Origin: Squalus acanthias
Taxonomy: Eukaryota
Direction: 5' to 3'
DNA: 64,000 nucleotides
Assembly: GCA_030390025.1 (NCBI GenBank)
Contig: CM059432.1
Span: forward strand, 76,634,001-76,698,000
In this document: in pieces, positions 60,835 through 64,000 of the stretch
Layout: each line of letters starts with the position of its first letter
How positions within the stretch are numbered: position 1 is the stretch's first letter
Notes under the pieces: generated by a model
Database searches by the model: none
What the model saw: the letters and a program-made list of their open reading frames with translations, nothing else
What the model was told of the DNA's origin: nothing
Position numbers and translations under genes: made by a program

Positions 60835-61190
60835 AAGAAAGGCTTTCATTTATATAGCGCCTCTCATAACCTCAGGGCGTCCCAAAGTGCTTTACAGCTA
60901 ACGAAATGTTTTTGAAGTGTAATCACTGTCATAATGTAAGAAACACGACAGCCAATTTGCTCACAGCATGGTCCCACAAACAGCAATGTGATAATCTGTT
61001 TTTAGGTTTTGGTTGAGGGATAAATATTAGCCAGGACACTGGGGAGAACTCCCCTGCTCTTCGTCGAAATAGTGCCATGGGATCTTTTACGTCCAACTGA
61101 GAGAGCAGACAGGGCCTCGGTTTGGCATCTCATCTGAAAGACGGCACCTCCGACATTGCAGCAGCTCCCTCAGTACTGCCCTGGAGTGTG
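60835..61190 (-). mobile_element. Deu-domain SINE
   Basis: reverse complement of the 38525-38927 family including the L2-like tail. Confidence 0.85.
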
Positions 61191-62029
61191 TATCTTTATA
61201 CAGTAAAGGAGCACTCCAAGCTGGAGATTCAAATTTAACCAAATAGGAATTAATAATTGCATTAGTGAGTCCAGTAAGTTCTCCATCTGCTTTCCCCCTT
61301 TTTGAGCCCAGCATTTCAGCAGATTATCACTATGAATGTGGCAGTTTCGGTGAGGTAAACCTAGCAGTAGCACCCATGATAGGTGCAATCTACCTGTAGA
61401 TTACATTGGAACCAGCGATAGGAATCACAAGTGAGATAAAGGTCATCTGAATTCATTTAATAAAAGTCATGCTTCATGGTTTCATGTAGAAACCAAATCC
61501 TACACACATTTATTTGCAACCTTCTTGAAATCAGTGATATTTTTCTATTACATTTACAGCACAATTGTATGAGAATTTTAAAACTCCAGAGGCCTCTTCA
61601 GCAGCAACACATCCATTACATTAGGACTCCTAAAGGGAATATCATTCTCAGCTCGTGAGGTGTCAAATAGGTTGAGCACGAAGAAACCTCGCCCCTTATT
61701 GTATAATCTAATAGCTTACATTTTAAAAACTTTTTAAGGCCTTCATGTGTAAATATCTAATTGCTGGTAGTTTCCATTTTTTTCGGATGAATACTTTAGC
61801 TTAATCTCTCATCCCATATCACTGTGAAGAGTTTGTTGGCTAGAAATCCGAGAATGACCACCACCCCCCCCCCACCCCAACCCAACCCGCATAGGGCAGT
61901 TACACTGCAGACAAAGTGTGGGCCTCGGACCTTATTCCCATGAAGATGGCACTGTGGGAGGAGCCCGATCAAGTAAGTGATGGATGAATGGGAGGCTCCC
62001 AACGCAAAGGTAAGTGAAGGCTTCGGGAG

Positions 62030-64000
62030 GGTAATCATGGGTCTCGGGGATGATCGGGGGTCTCGGGGATGATCGGGTGTCTCGGGGGTGATCAGGGGTC
62101 TCGGGAGTGATCGAGGGTCTCGGGGGTGATCAGGGGTCTCGGGAGTGATCGAGGGTCTCGGGGGTGATCGGGGGTCTCGGGGGTGATCGAGGTTCTCGGG
62201 GGTGATCAGGGGTCTCGGGGGTGATCGGGGGTCTCGGGGTGATCGGGGATCTCGGGGATGATCGGGGGTCTCGGGGATGATCGGGGATCTTGGGGATGAT
62301 CGGGGGTCTCGGGGTGACCGGGGGTCGCGGGGGTCCCGGGGGGGGGGGGGTGATCACAGGTCTCGGGGGGTGACCGGGGGTCTCGGGGATGATCGCAGGT
62401 CTTGGGGGTGGTCATGAGTCTCGGGACGATCACGGGGCTTGAGACAATCGTGAGTCTCGGGGTGATCGGGGGTCTCGGGGTGATCGGGGGTCTCGGGGGT
62501 CTCGAGGTGATCGGGGGTCTTGGGGGTGATCGGGGGTCTCGGGGGGTGATCGGGGGTCTCAGGGGGTCACCGGGGCTCTCGGGGTGTCTCGGGGGTCTCG
62601 GTGGGGGGGGGTGGGTAATCACAGGTCTTGGGGGGTGCCCGGGGGTGATCGCGGGTCTCAGGGGGACGATCGCGGGTCTCGGGGTGATCGGGGGTCTCGG
62701 GGTGATTTGGGGTCTCGGGGGTGATCGGGGGTCTCGGGGTGATCGGGGGTCTTGGGGTGATCGGGGGTCTCGGGGGTGATCGGGGGTCTCGGGGTGATCA
62801 GGGTTCTCGGGGGTGATCGGGGGTCTTGGGGGTGATCGGGGGTCTCGGGGGTGATCGAGGATCTCGGGGGTGATCGGGGATCTTGGGGGCCATCAGGGGT
62901 CTCGGGGGGTGGTTGGGGGTCTCGGCGGTGATGGGGGTCTCGGGGTGATCGGGGGTCTCGGGGTGATCGGTGGGTCTCGGGGGTCTCGGGGTGATCGGGG
63001 GTCTCGGCAGTGATGGGGGTCTCGGGGTGATCACAGGACTCGGGGTTATCGGGGGTCTCGGGGTGATCGGGGGTCTCGGGGAATGATCGAGGGTCTCGGG
63101 ATTGATCGAGGGTTTCGGGGTTGATTGGGGGTCTCGGGGTGATCGAGGAACTCGAGGTGATCGGGGTTCCCGGGGGGTGATCGGGGCTCTCGGAGGGATC
63201 TGGGGTCTCAGGGGGTGATTGGGGGTCTCGGGGTGATCGGGGGTCTCGGGGGTGATAGGGGGTCTCGGGGGTGATCGGGGGTCTCGGGGGGTGATTGGGG
63301 TGATCGGGGGTCTCAGGGGTGATCGCGGGTCTCGGGGGTCTTGGGTGATTGGGGGTCTCGGGAGTGAACGCGGGTCTCGGTGTGATCGGGGGTCTCGGGG
63401 TGATCGGGGGTCTCGGGGGGTGATTGGGGGTCTCGGGGTGATTGGGGGTCTTGGGGTGATCGGGGGTCTCGGGGTGATTGGGGGTCTCGGGGGTGATCGG
63501 GGGTCTCGGGGTGATCGGGGATCTCGGGGGTGATCGGGGGTCTCGGGGTGATTAAGGGTCTCGGGGGTGATCGGGTGTCTCAGGGTGATCGGGGTTCTCA
63601 AGGTGATCGGGGGTCTCGGGGTGATCGAGGGTTTCAGGGGTGATGGGGGTCTCGGGGGGTGATGGGGGTCTCGGGGTGATCGGGGGTCTCGGGGTGATCG
63701 GGGGTCTCGGCGGTGATGGGGGTCTCGGCGGTGATGGGGTTCTCGGGGTGATGGGGGTCTTGGCGGTGATGGGGCTCTCGGGGTGATCGCAGGTCTCGGG
63801 GTGATCGGGGGTCTCGGGGGGGGCTGTGATCGAGGATCTCGGGGTGATCGGGGGTCTCAGGGGTGATCGGGGGTCTTGGGGGGATCTGGGGTCTCGGGGA
63901 TCGGGGTCTCGGGGTGATCGGGGGTCTCGGGGGTGATCGGGGGTCTCGGGGTGATCGGGGGTCTCGGGGGTGATCGGGGGTCTCGGGGGGTAATCGGGGG
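62030..64000 (+). repeat. G-rich minisatellite, unit ~18-19 bp (GGGGTGATCGGGGGTCTC), runs off window end
   Basis: roughly 100 imperfect units directly visible. Confidence 0.97.

Noticed and set aside
62130..63601. Pro-rich and Gly-rich ORFs (up to 267 aa)
   Set aside because: Translations of the minisatellite; open only because the unit lacks stop codons.

Overview
Eukaryotic, repeat-dense genomic DNA, most likely from a cartilaginous fish (shark/ray). That assignment is an inference from the mix of CR1/HER1-type LINEs, Deu-domain SINEs, Penelope-like elements and Harbinger transposons. I found no convincing host protein-coding gene, so the window looks intronic or intergenic. Nearly every long ORF is retroelement or transposon derived. 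Contents: a full-length RTE LINE with a 12-bp TSD; about ten CR1 fragments; an L2 fragment; a Penelope-like (RT+GIY-YIG) element; several two-gene PIF/Harbinger elements (HARBI1-like transposase plus a spliced Myb/SANT gene); Harbinger and hAT MITEs; SINEs; and a terminal G-rich 18-19-bp minisatellite. The most notable structures are (i) a cryptic TGT...ACA long-TIR element with a 4-bp TSD (Ginger-like), split by the RTE; (ii) minimal hammerhead-ribozyme cores in two different Penelope-type terminal-repeat families, one as an 81-bp near-perfect inverted repeat with a 12-bp TSD; (iii) multi-level TE nesting with readable TSDs; and (iv) conserved exon structure of the Harbinger Myb genes. These are new-looking instances of known element classes. 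I cannot support a wholly novel system from sequence alone, and all family names are from recognition, not database searches.
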